A stretch of DNA of 61,281 bases, filler included, from Candidatus Babelota bacterium (lineage in GTDB: Bacteria > JAGOBX01): the NCBI GenBank assembly GCA_017999075.1. It is 8 parts of 8 records of this genome, joined end to end, with 100 filler letters (N's around TTAATTAATTAA, not from the genome) between each part and the next. Parts side by side here need not be neighbours in the genome. Positions count along the whole stretch, not along the records: positions 26,936 to 30,825 come from JAGOBX010000396.1; positions 30,926 to 34,812 come from JAGOBX010000397.1; positions 34,913 to 53,358 come from JAGOBX010000013.1; 5 more parts are not named here. One strand, given 5' to 3'. Shown in pieces: positions 28,781-41,300 of this stretch (its first letter is position 1; each line of letters starts with the position of its first letter). The position numbers and the translations under genes are program-made. The notes below the pieces were generated by a model, which saw nothing but the letters and a program-made list of their open reading frames with translations, had not been told where the DNA came from and ran no database searches.

Positions 28781-30586
28781 CTATGAATTATTTGAATTTA
28801 ATTGATTGATAATATTTTGAGCAAGTTTTTTGTTTATTCCGCCTAATTTACATAAATCTTCAGGATTGGAGTATTTGATATTTTTTATTGATTTAAAATG
28901 CGCCAATAAAATCTCTTTACGTTTAGAACCTATTCCCTTGATAGAATCAAGCTCTGATAAATTAATATTTTTATCTCGTAATGTTTTATGGTAAGTTATA
29001 CCGAATCTGTGAGATTCATCTCTGATATATTGAAGTAATCTTAATGCTTGAGAATGTTTATCAAGTAAAATCGGTTGAGATTCGTTTTCTTTGAAAATAA
29101 TTTCTTCACGTTTTGCGAGAGATATTATTTCAGTAGAACTTTTTGAGATGCCGCATTCTTTTCTAATGATTTCCAGAGCAGCATTAAGGTGCTGTAACCC
29201 TCCGTCTATAACGACAAGTTCAGGAATCCTTATTCCATTTTTATTTTCAATAATATTATTGAAATGTCTTAGTAACAGTTCTTTCATCATATCATAGTCA
29301 TTTATTCCATTTACTGATTTAATTTTGTATTTCCGGTATTCGTTTTTTTGAGGTGCTCCATTGTAAAAACATACAGCAGAACCCACAGCGTATTCGCCGG
29401 CAAAATTTGATATGTCAAAACAATGTATTGTTATAGGAAGTTTATTGAGATTTAATTGACTTTTAAGTTCTGACAGCTTGGAACAATTAAGTTTTAATTT
29501 AATTTCGTCATGTTCGAGAGTCTGCAAACAATTATTTTTTATAAACTCAATTAAATCTTTTTTTTTGCCTTTTTGGGGAACAGTTATGATTGTTTTGTTT
29601 CCCCGTTTTGCTGAAAGCCAAGCTTCAAGGGAATCTCTGTTTTCAGGCTCTGATTCAATAATGAGCTCTGAAGGTATAAATAAGGAATTGTTATATGTCT
29701 GAAAAATAATTCTTGAAATTAATTCGTTTTTATCGAAAGAATTTTCTTGATATTCAAAGTTGTATATTTCATTATTAGTCATTTTTCCAAGTCTATATAC
29801 AAATTTTTGACAGCATCCGAAATTATTTTTCACATTGAAAGCTATTACATCATAACTTTCAATATCAGCAGAATCAATTTTTTGAAAATTGAAAAGTTCC
29901 TGTAAAGCTAAAATATTGTCTCTGCATTCTGCAGCTTCCTCAAATTTTTCTTCGGAAGCCAAACGTTTCATTTCATTTTCTACTGTTTTAATTAATGAAC
30001 CGGTATATCCGGACAGAATCTTTAAAATATTGTTAATTCTTTCTTTATATGATTCTGAAGAAATATTATTAATACACGGGGCATCGCATTTTTTTATGTG
30101 GTAATATAAACAGGGCTGTGTTTTTATAGAAAATTTTTTACACCGTCTCAATTTATATAAATTATTTATAATAGAAATGATTTTATGAACTGCCGGATTT
30201 GAAGTGAAAGGCCCAAAAAATTTGAGTTTGGAATTTAATACCCGGCGAGCGATGATTATCCTTGGAAACAATTCTTCTGTATTTACGCATATATAAGGAT
30301 ACCGTTTATCATCTTTTAGTCTTATATTATATTTTGGCTGCAATTGTTTTATATAAGAATCTTCTAAAATATAAGCTTCATTTTCGTTGTCTGTAACAAT
30401 GAATTTTATATCTTTAACATTGGCAGTTAAAAATTTGGTTTTTATATCAGTTATATTATCTTTGAAATAAGAAGAAACTCTTTTTCTTAAATTTTTGGCT
30501 TTGCCTACATATATGGTTTCGTTATCGGCGTTATACATTAAATAGACGCCAGGAAGTTCAGGAAAAGTTGATGCAAGGTTTTTCAA
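28781..30586 (-). CDS. uvrC: Excinuclease ABC subunit C
   Basis: PGVY..IYVGKAKNL (GIY-YIG), FDIS, IDGG, RDESHRF, HhH. Confidence 0.97.
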   Translation of the reverse strand: MKNLASTFPELPGVYLMYNADNETIYVGKAKNLRKRVSSYFKDNITDIKTKFLTANVKDIKFIVTDNENEAYILEDSYIKQLQPKYNIRLKDDKRYPYICVNTEELFPRIIIARRVLNSKLKFFGPFTSNPAVHKIISIINNLYKLRRCKKFSIKTQPCLYYHIKKCDAPCINNISSESYKERINNILKILSGYTGSLIKTVENEMKRLASEEKFEEAAECRDNILALQELFNFQKIDSADIESYDVIAFNVKNNFGCCQKFVYRLGKMTNNEIYNFEYQENSFDKNELISRIIFQTYNNSLFIPSELIIESEPENRDSLEAWLSAKRGNKTIITVPQKGKKKDLIEFIKNNCLQTLEHDEIKLKLNCSKLSELKSQLNLNKLPITIHCFDISNFAGEYAVGSAVCFYNGAPQKNEYRKYKIKSVNGINDYDMMKELLLRHFNNIIENKNGIRIPELVVIDGGLQHLNAALEIIRKECGISKSSTEIISLAKREEIIFKENESQPILLDKHSQALRLLQYIRDESHRFGITYHKTLRDKNINLSELDSIKGIGSKRKEILLAHFKSIKNIKYSNPEDLCKLGGINKKLAQNIINQLNSNNS

Positions 30587-30661
30587 GTTAACAAAACAAA
30601 TTCACGTAAGTTTTCAGACAGTTAATTAAAATTTAAAACACCTTAAATGTTATAGGATTAT

Positions 30662-30770
30662 GGAACTGTTTCCAAAATATATTTATATATTTTTTTATAA
30701 AATAAACTTATTGTTTATCAATATATAAATTTTGTGAAAAATGGAAGAAATACCATTTGGAAACATTCCC
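30662..30770. mobile_element. MITE copy 2 (109 bp)
   Basis: GGAACTGTTTCCAAA...TTTGGAAACATTCCC, with TTA one base outside each end. Confidence 0.8.
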
Positions 30771-30778
30771 ATTATTTT

Positions 30779-30825
30779 TGGTGCAGGAAAGGGGACTTGA
30801 ACCCCTACAGCTTGCGCCACATGCC
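30779..30825 (-). tRNA. 3' part of a class II tRNA, probably Leu; anticodon lost at contig end
   Basis: Minus strand ..GGCGCAAGCT (long variable arm) GT AGGGG TTCAAGT CCCCT TTCCTGC A CCA; discriminator A. Confidence 0.8.
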
Positions 30826-30927
30826 NNNNNNNNNNNNNNNNNNNNNNNNNNNNNNNNNNNNNNNNNNNNTTAATTAATTAANNNNNNNNNNNNNNNNNNN
30901 NNNNNNNNNNNNNNNNNNNNNNNNNGA

Positions 30928-31638
30928 AATGAAGAAAAATATATAGAACCGGGTTTAAAATGCATAGAAATAAGCAAACAGATTTTATTATCAAAATATC
31001 CTGAAGTAAAAATTGAAGTTATATTATCTGATAATAATTCTTTGGATAAAACCTCATCAATTGCAGAAAAATATGTTGATAAAATAATCAAAAATGATAA
31101 AAATTCAATTGCAGGCGTGAGAAATTCCGGTGTTTCTGTTTCGTCTGGAGAAATACTGGTTTTTATAGATGCCGACAGTCAGATGCATAAAAATTCTTTA
31201 TTGAAAATTTATGAATTGTTTGTAAAAACTGATATAAAAGCCGGTTGCGTTAAAATATTAACTGATGAAAAATTAAATTTTATACTCAATTCCATTGTTG
31301 TAATTGTAAATTTTTGTTTTAAAATTATGAATTCAGGCGGTGGAATGTATTATTGCCTAAAAAAAGATTTTGATGCAATAAATGGTTTTAATGAAAATTT
31401 ATATGCTGCTGAAGATCTTGATTTTGCTAACCGAATAAAAAAATTAATGAAACAAAAAAAATGCAGATTTGTCAATTTGTCTGATATTCCTATAATAACC
31501 TCTGCTCGTAAAGTTCGTTTTGTAAACAAATTTAACGCTTTGATAAAATTTATAAAATTTATTGTTATCCCGAAAAAAGTTTTGTATAATAAATCCGAAT
31601 GGGAAGATTTATTTTATAAAACCGATAAATTAAGATGA
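30928..31638 (+). CDS. GT2 glycosyltransferase, 5'-truncated
   Basis: NEEKYI, SDNNSLD, RNSG, FIDAD, GFNE..AED, TSARK. Confidence 0.9.
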   Translation, partial: NEEKYIEPGLKCIEISKQILLSKYPEVKIEVILSDNNSLDKTSSIAEKYVDKIIKNDKNSIAGVRNSGVSVSSGEILVFIDADSQMHKNSLLKIYELFVKTDIKAGCVKILTDEKLNFILNSIVVIVNFCFKIMNSGGGMYYCLKKDFDAINGFNENLYAAEDLDFANRIKKLMKQKKCRFVNLSDIPIITSARKVRFVNKFNALIKFIKFIVIPKKVLYNKSEWEDLFYKTDKLR

Positions 31639-31659
31639 AATAAAAGGAGTTGAACTAAA

Positions 31660-32964
31660 ATGGTTTTTGAAAAAATTGAAAAATTGGAAAAAATGAGTCT
31701 TGACGAAATTAAATCAGTGCAACTTGACAGACTTAAAAAACACACTCATTATGTTTATGAAAAAATTCCTTTTTATAAAAAAAAGTTTGATGAATTGAAA
31801 TTAAAACCTGGCGATATAAAAACATTAGACGATATAAAATTATTGCCGTTTACAAATAAAACTGATTTGCGTGATAATTATCCGTTCAGCTTGTTTGCAG
31901 CTCCTCCAGAAAAAGTAGTTCGAATTCACGCTTCTTCAGGAACAACTGGAAAACCTATAGTGGTTGGATATACAAAAAACGACATAGGAGTTTGGGCAGA
32001 ATCCACTGCGCGCACTTTGTATAAAGGAAATGTTTGTGAGAAAGATGTGATTCAGAACGGATATGGTTATGGGTTGTTTACCGGAGGTTTGGGTATTCAT
32101 TATGGTGCTGAGTATTTGGGCATTGCAGTAATTCCGATATCAGGAGGGAATACTCCGCGTCAGCTTATGATAATGGAAGATTTCGGATCCACTTTGTTGA
32201 GTTGTACTCCTTCGTATGCAATGCTTTTAGCAGAAGCTATAGAAAAAGAGGGAATTGACAGAAAAAAATTGAAATTGCGGGTAGGTTATTTCGGAGCTGA
32301 ACCGTGGTCTGACAATATGAGGATTGAAATAGAAAAAAAACTTAAAGTCGATGCTCTTGACATTTACGGATTAAGCGAAATAATAGGACCTGGAGTTGCA
32401 AGCGAATGTCTTGCAAAAAAAGGGTTACATATATGCTGCGATCATTTTATTCCTGAAATAATTAATCCGCAGACAGGCGAACAGGTTCCGGAAGGAGTAT
32501 TCGGAGAATTGGTTTTTACAACTGTAACTAAAGAATGTTCTCCGTTTATAAGATACAGAACAAGAGATATAGCAGCATTAACTTATCAGAAATGTGAATG
32601 CGGCAGCTCGCATTACAGGATGACAAGGGTAGCAGGCAGAACTGATGATATGCTTATAATCAGGGGGATAAATGTATTCCCGAGTCAGATTGAAAGCGTT
32701 CTTATGAAAATCGAAGGAGTTGCGCCTCATTATCAGATCGTAATTACGAGAGAAGGTTCGCTTGATGAAATTGAAGTTATGGTTGAAATGACTGAATCAG
32801 CGTTTTCAGATGAAATGAAAGAAGTGGAAAATTTCAGTCATAAAATCCAGCAGGCTATAGAATCAGTTTTAACAATTCGCGTAAAAGTTAAACTCGTAGA
32901 ACCTGATTCTATTCAGCGTTTTGAAGGCAAAGCTAAGCGTGTTATTGATAAAAGAAAAATGTAA
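31660..32964 (+). CDS. paaK: Phenylacetate-CoA ligase family protein
   Basis: [43 protein letters not shown]. Confidence 0.93.
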   Translation: MVFEKIEKLEKMSLDEIKSVQLDRLKKHTHYVYEKIPFYKKKFDELKLKPGDIKTLDDIKLLPFTNKTDLRDNYPFSLFAAPPEKVVRIHASSGTTGKPIVVGYTKNDIGVWAESTARTLYKGNVCEKDVIQNGYGYGLFTGGLGIHYGAEYLGIAVIPISGGNTPRQLMIMEDFGSTLLSCTPSYAMLLAEAIEKEGIDRKKLKLRVGYFGAEPWSDNMRIEIEKKLKVDALDIYGLSEIIGPGVASECLAKKGLHICCDHFIPEIINPQTGEQVPEGVFGELVFTTVTKECSPFIRYRTRDIAALTYQKCECGSSHYRMTRVAGRTDDMLIIRGINVFPSQIESVLMKIEGVAPHYQIVITREGSLDEIEVMVEMTESAFSDEMKEVENFSHKIQQAIESVLTIRVKVKLVEPDSIQRFEGKAKRVIDKRKM

Positions 32965-33066
32965 ATAAATTTATAATAAAGTATATCAAATGATTTTAGG
33001 TTTTATCTGTTTTTTTAAATGTATTATTGGACGTTATTAAAAAAAATTCAAAGGGGGTAATTAAGT

Positions 33067-33498
33067 ATGCTTTTAAAGCAAATATCAATATTTCTTGAAA
33101 ATAAACCCGGTAAACTTGCCGAGGTAACAAAAATTTTACATGACAATAAAGTAAATATCAGGGCATTGTCAATGGCTGACACAACTGATTTCGGCATACT
33201 TCGTATAATAGTTCCTGAAGTTGAAAAAATTTATAAATTGCTAAAAGATAATCATCTTACAGTGAAAATAACTGAAGTTATTGGCGTTAAGGTTAAAGAT
33301 TGTCCTGGCGGGCTCCATGAAATAATAAATTATTTTGCGCAGGATAATATTAATGTAGAATATATGTATGCGTTTGTAAATAAGTCAGGCAATGACGCAA
33401 TAATCATATTTAAAGTTAAAAATATCCAGCAAGCTATAAATATTCTTGTGAATAACAGCATAGAATTGTTTAAGTACGAAGATATTTTGACTATTTAA
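33067..33498 (+). CDS. Tandem ACT-domain protein (typical paaK neighbour)
   Basis: QISIFLENKPG, INVEYMYAF. Confidence 0.9.
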   Translation: MLLKQISIFLENKPGKLAEVTKILHDNKVNIRALSMADTTDFGILRIIVPEVEKIYKLLKDNHLTVKITEVIGVKVKDCPGGLHEIINYFAQDNINVEYMYAFVNKSGNDAIIIFKVKNIQQAINILVNNSIELFKYEDILTI

Positions 33499-33640
33499 TA
33501 CTTGAAAAATATTTTATTTGTTCACTGGTTTTGGTGGTTTTTATTAAAAATATTTTTAAACAATTAAGCAGGTTTTAGCTTATAGAATAGAATTATATGC
33601 AATAATATCTGAAAAAATCCGAGCGTATCGTATAAAAAAT

Positions 33641-34744
33641 ATGAAAACCAATTTGTTTACACAGCATATATTAAGCCCCACCATCAGATATTATTGCGAA
33701 TTGCTTAATGTTGATTTGAAAACTCCTCAAACAGAATTGAAAAAAGTTTATTATAAACTTGCTTTGATGTATCATCCTGATAAAAATAATAACAATGAAA
33801 TATCCAAAAAATTATTTTCGGATATTGCAACAGCTTATAATGTTTTGTCAAATCCGGAAAAAATTCAGCAGATGAACGAAGAATTTATAATGAGCATACC
33901 GCAAAAAGTTAAAATCGGAAATTATGTGGTTAATATCGGCGGTTTTTTCGGAACAAGATATTTTTCCAAAGACGCGTCTGAAATGTATTCAAGAAAAAGG
34001 AAAATTTCCGGAATGCTGTCAGGAAACAGTTCAAACTCAAATATGTATTCGAATTTTTTTGACAATGATTATTTTGAAGAGGAAAATTCTATACTTGACA
34101 GTCCTGAATGGGATATGTTTGAAATAATGTTTTCGGGTTCAATGAATGAAAAAACAATAAAAATTCTGCAGGATGAATTTTTAAAAAAAGGGCTTGATTG
34201 TTATTATGATTTGCCTTGGGTATCAGCTAATATACAGGGGTTTTTGCATTTTATTTCGATAAATTTTAAAGAAGCTTCGAAAATTTATTTACGGCTTGTA
34301 AACCTTATTAAAAACAATATAGTTTTTATGTACAGGGCGGCTATATGCTTGGAATCATTGTATTTTTTAGAACTTGCAAATAATAAAAAACCAGGGAAAA
34401 AAATGATTGATGAGGCTATTGAACTTCTTGAAAAATCTATTGAAATAGGTAAAAGCAGATTTGTTACTGAAAAACAGCATTGTTTTACTGTAAGAAAAAC
34501 CTTGGCTGAATTATATGAATTAACAGGAAATTCCAAGGAAGCTTTGAAAATGTGGCGTTATGTTTTACAATACAAAAATCCTTATTCAATTGAAGCAGAA
34601 GAAAAAATCAGAGATTTGAGTAAAATAAGAATCCTGCCGCGAAAAAATAATTTAATCAGAGAAAAGATTAATAGAATTAATATTTTTATGAAAAACAAAA
34701 CAAATTTAAAATCTCTTGATCACTGCAATATAGATGAGTTGTGA
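33641..34744 (+). CDS. J-domain protein with TPR-like C-terminus
   Basis: YYKLALMYHPDKN..AYNVLS. Confidence 0.85.
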   Translation: MKTNLFTQHILSPTIRYYCELLNVDLKTPQTELKKVYYKLALMYHPDKNNNNEISKKLFSDIATAYNVLSNPEKIQQMNEEFIMSIPQKVKIGNYVVNIGGFFGTRYFSKDASEMYSRKRKISGMLSGNSSNSNMYSNFFDNDYFEEENSILDSPEWDMFEIMFSGSMNEKTIKILQDEFLKKGLDCYYDLPWVSANIQGFLHFISINFKEASKIYLRLVNLIKNNIVFMYRAAICLESLYFLELANNKKPGKKMIDEAIELLEKSIEIGKSRFVTEKQHCFTVRKTLAELYELTGNSKEALKMWRYVLQYKNPYSIEAEEKIRDLSKIRILPRKNNLIREKINRINIFMKNKTNLKSLDHCNIDEL

Positions 34745-34912
34745 TAAAATATGAAAGATAATTTGAGCGTACAATACCGCCTGAGGTTTGAAAAAAATAT
34801 TAAATACAGATANNNNNNNNNNNNNNNNNNNNNNNNNNNNNNNNNNNNNNNNNNNNTTAATTAATTAANNNNNNNNNNNNNNNNNNNNNNNNNNNNNNNN
34901 NNNNNNNNNNNN

Positions 34913-35162
34913 TTTCTATATCCTTCAATGTTTTTCTCAAGTGTTTTTTGAGCGGATTTAAATTTATAATATTGAGCTTCATTCATAATATCTGTATCAG
35001 AATCATGATTTAGAATTGCTTCGTGAAAAGCTAAAGCTGCGCCGATATAATCCTGATTATTGTAAAATTTATATGCTTTGTTTAATATTGAATTGTTTTC
35101 AGCTCTCAAAAATTGGACATAAATGATGATTAATAAAAGAAACGAAAAAAAAAATTATTCAT
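34913..35162 (-). CDS. N-terminus of a secreted TPR-like protein with an apparent homopolymer frameshift; 3'-truncated
   Basis: ATG 35162 is out of frame with the FLLLIIIYVQFLRA-ENN signal peptide across a T10 tract. Confidence 0.5.
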
Positions 35163-35300
35163 ATGAAATAGTTTCTAATAAATTGCAAAAAAATACAATA
35201 TTTTTTTAATTTTTTCACATTTGCAGTATTGTTTTTTACTGTTTTATAATTTAAACTTATTTGTTATCAGTAAAAATATTTTTTTAAAAAATATATTTTT

Positions 35301-35317
35301 TTGGAATAATAATTGCA
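35301..35317 (+). promoter_or_regulatory. Putative sigma54 -24/-12 promoter
   Basis: TTGGAATAATAATTGCA: GG-N10-GC with TTGC, 70 bp before the ATG. Confidence 0.6.
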
Positions 35318-35387
35318 AAATAATTTTTTGGTTTTGTTTAATATATGTTTGGATAAAGTTCTATAACATAAAAGATATAATTATACA

Positions 35388-38300
35388 ATGAGTTTAAAAT
35401 ACAGACAAAATATATCTAAAATATTTTTATTTTTTAATATTTCAATTTTATTAGTATTATATTTAACACAGCCTGGATATTCTACTATTTGGCATGAAAC
35501 AAATGAAGGTATCGGGCTATATGATTACATTGAATTAAATTCTTCATTAAATGGAACATATATTCATTATGGAGTTGACTGGGCAGGATGGAACAGAAGC
35601 GAAGTGGCTGTTGGAATAAACGGGTTCTGGGCTAACTATACCGGAAACTGGGTCCATGATGCAGGTCTAAACAAACATCTAAGTACAGGCGTATTAGATT
35701 ACGGATGGCACGGAGCAGGATGGGCTGCTGGTTCGTCTCTTACATATTATTGCAAAATAGATGATAATGCTTTTGATCCATGGAACCAGGAACAGGGATA
35801 TACGGATGAGTTAGCTTTGATAGATGTTGAAACTTTGCCAATACCTTCAAGTTATATTTATGATAACGACACCAGACTTGTTTTACAATTTTCAATTAAT
35901 GCAGGTTCAAACGCTGGAAGAGAATTAAACAGATTATGGGTTGAAAATACCGGTTCTCTTGAAGAAATCAATGATATACCTAACAATGGAATATATTTAT
36001 ATTATGAAAACGGAACTTCTTTTTCATTTGACGGAAATGAAAAAAGCGCTGTTTTATACGGAAACTACAATACAAATCCTGCAAATAATAAACAATGGGG
36101 GCATGATGCTTTAAACATTTCTATACCTTCAGACGGAACTAATAAACTTTATTGTTATATAGTAATAAACAGGTTTTCAGTTGGAGTAACAAGAGGACGC
36201 ACTGCAAAATTCAAGATAATGAATGATGGTATGAGTTTAGACGGGTATGGACTTAATCAACCTGGTTTTGTAAGAATAGACGCTCAAGAAAATCCAGATG
36301 AATTAACATTAAGTTCAGACACTCCGCGTATAGTTGTGAACGGTGATTCCACAGATTGGTTTGGATCAAATGTAGTAAATTGGGATGCTGATAAGAATCA
36401 GGGAATACCAAATATTTCATCTCAAACCTGTACTGCTACTGCAGGCGGAAAACTCTTCTGGAAAGATGCTACAGGTAATGGTCCAATGTCAGGAGGAACT
36501 GGAGATGTAAGCGATAAGGATGATTATTCCGGACAGAATGCAGATAACTGGGATTTAGATTTTTTTTCTATGGTGGGAGACACTGATAATTTGTATTTTC
36601 TGATAAAATTCGCAGATATTAATTTATCGGAAAATGATTTAATGATACAAATTCCTATAAAATATTCAGATGCTGGAGATACTCAAAAAATCTTATTGGG
36701 GAAATTCGGAGAACAAAACATTGATTCTACATATCTTGTTCCAAAAACATATTGGCAGAATCTTATTGTTATAAGCACAGATTCCCCTGCTATAAGAATA
36801 TTCAATGGAAAAACAGGTTTTTCCGTTGATACTGGAGTTTATGGAAAAGTAATAATAAACGAAGACGAAAATTTTATTGAAGCTGCAGTTCCCAAATCAT
36901 ATTTAGGAGGCGCTTCCGAATATTTTAATGACACAGTATATATGGCGTTAGCTGTGTTTCAGGAAAATACTGTTCCAAATGGTTTTGTCAAAGCATACCA
37001 CGACGGAGGATCCAGCGATTCAATACCTGAAGTTGTAGATTGTATTTCTCAGAAGTCGGCGACTTTTCGCGGAGATTTACAAGATTCGGATTTATTTGAA
37101 TTCACTTCTTTTTATGATTTAATACTTAACACTTATTTAAAAGTAGAATTTACCGATAATACTTCGTTAAGAGGAAATATTGAAAAAGTAGAAGTATATT
37201 CAGGAAAAACTGTAGATGGACTTTCAAGCGAGTATAGCGATGCAGATCTTATGGAAATAAGAGAAAATTCAAAATTATATATGGGATATGACAATACATA
37301 TTTCTTTTTTTGTTTATCGGACATATCAGGATTTACAACTGATAACGATACATGGATTGGAATAGCTGTAGACATAGACGGAGGCAGCGGCGGGCAGGAT
37401 TCAGGTCCTGTGATAAATGGATGGCCGGTATGGCCGAGAGGATTTAAACCCGATTATTTTGTTCAGCTCGACAATATAATAAACAGCAGGTGCTGGCTAT
37501 ATGATGGAACAGGAGCAAACTGGGCGGCAGCAGTTCAAAAAAGCAATAATATCGCAGGATGGGCGTATGCTTATCAAAATTGCGTGGAAATACAAATTCC
37601 ACGTTACGACGTAGGAGCTCCAACAGAAAATGATAAAATAAGTTTTATGATATTTACTTCAAATGATGCAGTTTCAAAAAATATTCATCTTAGTTATCCT
37701 CTATCAAACCCTGTAAATTCAGACAGTATATTTCTTGGCGGATATTATTATACAAATACTGATTTTGAAATAACAAAACCAAACAGTGCTGTAGATACAA
37801 CTGCTCCGACATTTGAAATTACATCAATTACAGCTCCTGATTCTGCATCAGCGCTTGGTTCATTAAATTCTTCATCATTATATCCAAATTTTTATAGAGG
37901 AGACTCTTTAACAGTTTTTACTGCAGGGTTTACAGTATCAGATCCTGCTTCTTCTGTTAACAGCAGCGGAGTAGGAGACAGCGTATGGATATGGAATTCA
38001 AGCAATAATTCAGAAGATACAGCCGGATATTATACTGCAAATCCGGTTTCTGTAACAGGAGTTTCAACCTCTTCGTCAGATACAGTTTTTTTCAGTATCA
38101 CAGTTTATGACAAATACGGAAACAAATCAGCTGATACGGTTTATATAGTTATGGATTCGACTAATCCGGATTCTATTGAAATTATTTGTCCGGAAAACGG
38201 TGCAGAAACACTTGGAACCAACAGCATAATAAAGTTTGACTGGGTTGACTCCTACGACACGCATTCAGGAATCAAAAAATATTACATTCAAATATCTTCT

Positions 38301-41300
38301 TCTCCTGCTTTCTCGTCAAATTTGTTCGAAGGATATACATTAAATACAGCATCTGAAACCTCATATAATTTTGCTTATAAAACTTATACTTCATATTATT
38401 GGAGATATTATGCATTAGATAATTCAGGAAACACAAGCGGCTGGTCAAACACTAATTCATTCAATTACTATCTGTTCACAGAGGTCAACACTTCATTTGT
38501 AAATGTTACGAATGGAGCAGTTTCTTCTGCAGATTATGACAATGACGGGGATTTGGATTTAGTTATTACAGGAACTACAACAGGCGCTGCAGGCGGAGCT
38601 GTAAGTAAAATTTACCGAAATGACGGTTCAGGAATTTTTACAGATATAAATGCAGGGCTTACAGGAGTTTATAATTATGGTTCTGCTGCATGGGGAGATT
38701 ATGATAACGATGGAGATCCTGACTTAATAATAGGAGGTTTAAACTCGTCAGGTTCTGAAACTGCAGTATTATACAGAAACGATAATGGAACATTTACTGT
38801 TATAAATGCCGGAATAACAGGTTTAGCTTACAACTCTTATAATTGGTTTGATTATGATAATGATGGCGATTTAGATATCTTTTCGATTGGGAGTTCTCCG
38901 GCTGCAACAGGTTTTATAACAAGAGCATACCGCAATGACGGAAATAATACATTTACAAATGTTGGGAATTGCGGTGTAACAAATTTTGATGAAGGGAGTT
39001 TTGATTTTAGCGATTATAACAACGATGGTTGGGTTGATATAGCTGTTAACGGTTATAACGGTGTTAGGGTAGCTGCAATATTCAGAAATAACAAAAATGG
39101 AACATTTACTGATATAGCAGCAGGCATTGAAACAATGCACAGCGGTTCTATTGTTTGGGCAGATTATAACAATGACGGATATTCTGATATTTTAGAAGTA
39201 GGCAATAACGGCGGCGGTCCTGTTTCAAGGTTATATAAAAATAACGGGAACAATACATTTACATTAAAATCAGTTACAGGTTTGGTCTCAGGAACAGGAC
39301 ACGGCACAAAATGGGCTGATTTTGACAATGACGGATATATTGATTTTTTAATCACTGAAGGAACCGGCGCAAATGCAAACATATATAAAAATACCGGCAA
39401 TGATTCTTTTATAAATACAAATTCAAATATATCCGGAATAACAGGAACAGGTTCATGCTGGTTCGATTATGATAATGACGGAGATTTAGATTTGATGATT
39501 TCAGGAGACACGGATGCTACAGCAGGATTTTCAATAAAAACCAAATTATATAGAAACAATACTGCTACTATTATAAATCAACGGCCTGCGGCTCCTTCTT
39601 TAACAACCTCGAATAATACTGTTTTTTCTTCAGATACAATAACATTTCAATGGGCTGACATAACAACTGATTCTACTCCTGCTCCGGCTATAGGATATAA
39701 TTTAAGAATAGGAACTTCAGCAGGAGGATGTCAAGTAATTGGGGTTGACACTAATTCTAATCATTTTTCAGGAAATACATTTTTCGGCAATGTATACGGC
39801 GGCACCACAGCTTATATTTTCGGATTGCCTGGAGGGATATACTATTGGTCTGTTCAGGCTGTTGATGGAGGGATGATGAAATCAGAATGGGCGGCAGAAC
39901 GTACTTTTATAATGACTCCTCGAATTAAAATAACTTCAGTTTCAACAGGATATGAAACATGTGTTCAAACAATTTATATCAGTGGAACAACAAATGGAAC
40001 TTCTTCAGGAGATACAGTAAAATTATATGTAAATTCAATTTGCTGCACTTCTTTAATTTTGTCTTCTCCGAATGGAAGCTGGTCAGGGACTGTTTTATTG
40101 ACAGGTATGGGAGACAGTGTTTCAGCAGAATTAACTTACAGAATAAATAAGAACGACTGCGATACTATTGCTATCCACTACTATACAGGTCCATGGTATG
40201 TAAATGATTCTTCAACTGCAAATGATTCTTTCACTTATTCGGCAGGAAGCGATACTTCAGGTTCAGGCAGCAAAAATTTCCCGTTTGCGTCTATTACAAA
40301 AGCATTATTTTTTGCAAAATCAGGGGATACTGTTTATATTGATGCAGGAACATATTACAGAAATAATATTAATGACACTTTTATAGCGCAAATAGATACG
40401 GATTATTTAACAATTACTGGAATAGATTCCAACATTTCAATCATTAATACTGACAGTCCTGTTTCCGGCAATTATGTTTTTCTTGCAATTGACAGACATC
40501 ATATTAATATTCAAAATTTAAAAATATTAAATTCGTATTATGGAATATATTATAAAAATACAGATACTTCCGTATTACAAAATATTCATTTTGACTCAAA
40601 TGCATATTCAAGCTTATATACATTATATAACAGCGGATCTGACTATTGTGACTCTTTAACTATAACAAACTGTTTTATTGAAAAAAGCTGGTATGCTCTA
40701 TATATCAGTTATACAAATGATATAAAAATTATAAATAATTATTTTCATGATAACTATAGTTCCGGCATAAATGCTTCTTATTCAAATCTCATAACAATTC
40801 AAAACAATTATTTCGACGGCGCACTTAACGCTGACTACGGAATATCACTAGGTTCATCCTCAAACAGTTGTTCAGTTCTGCAGAATACTTTTATTAATCA
40901 TACTAGTAATGTATTGAATATTAATGCAGGCGACACTATTATCATTAATGGAAATATAATTAACGGAGGCAGTCAAGGTATACGCATGGCAAGTTCGTCA
41001 AAAAGAGGATATGAGATAACTGAAAATATAATCAGTAATGCAACCGGATATGGAATTTACTGCCAGCCCGGAGCCACCGTAGAGATGCTTATTTCAAAAA
41101 ATACAATAAGTTTCACGCCAACCGGAATATATTCAATGATAAATCAATATATAAATATACGAAACAATTTTATCACAAATTCGACTAATTACGGTATGAA
41201 TATTTTACTTGCTGCAGGAAATGCTTTTGAACAAAACACATTTGATTCGAGCGGGCAATACGCATTATATATAACATCAGGCGCAGCTGTTCCAGTTTCT

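Noticed and set aside
38520-39500. Repeated gattatgacaatgacgg-like DNA as a CRISPR or repeat array
   Set aside because: These are in-frame FG-GAP protein repeats; no cas genes or repeat-spacer structure anywhere in the window
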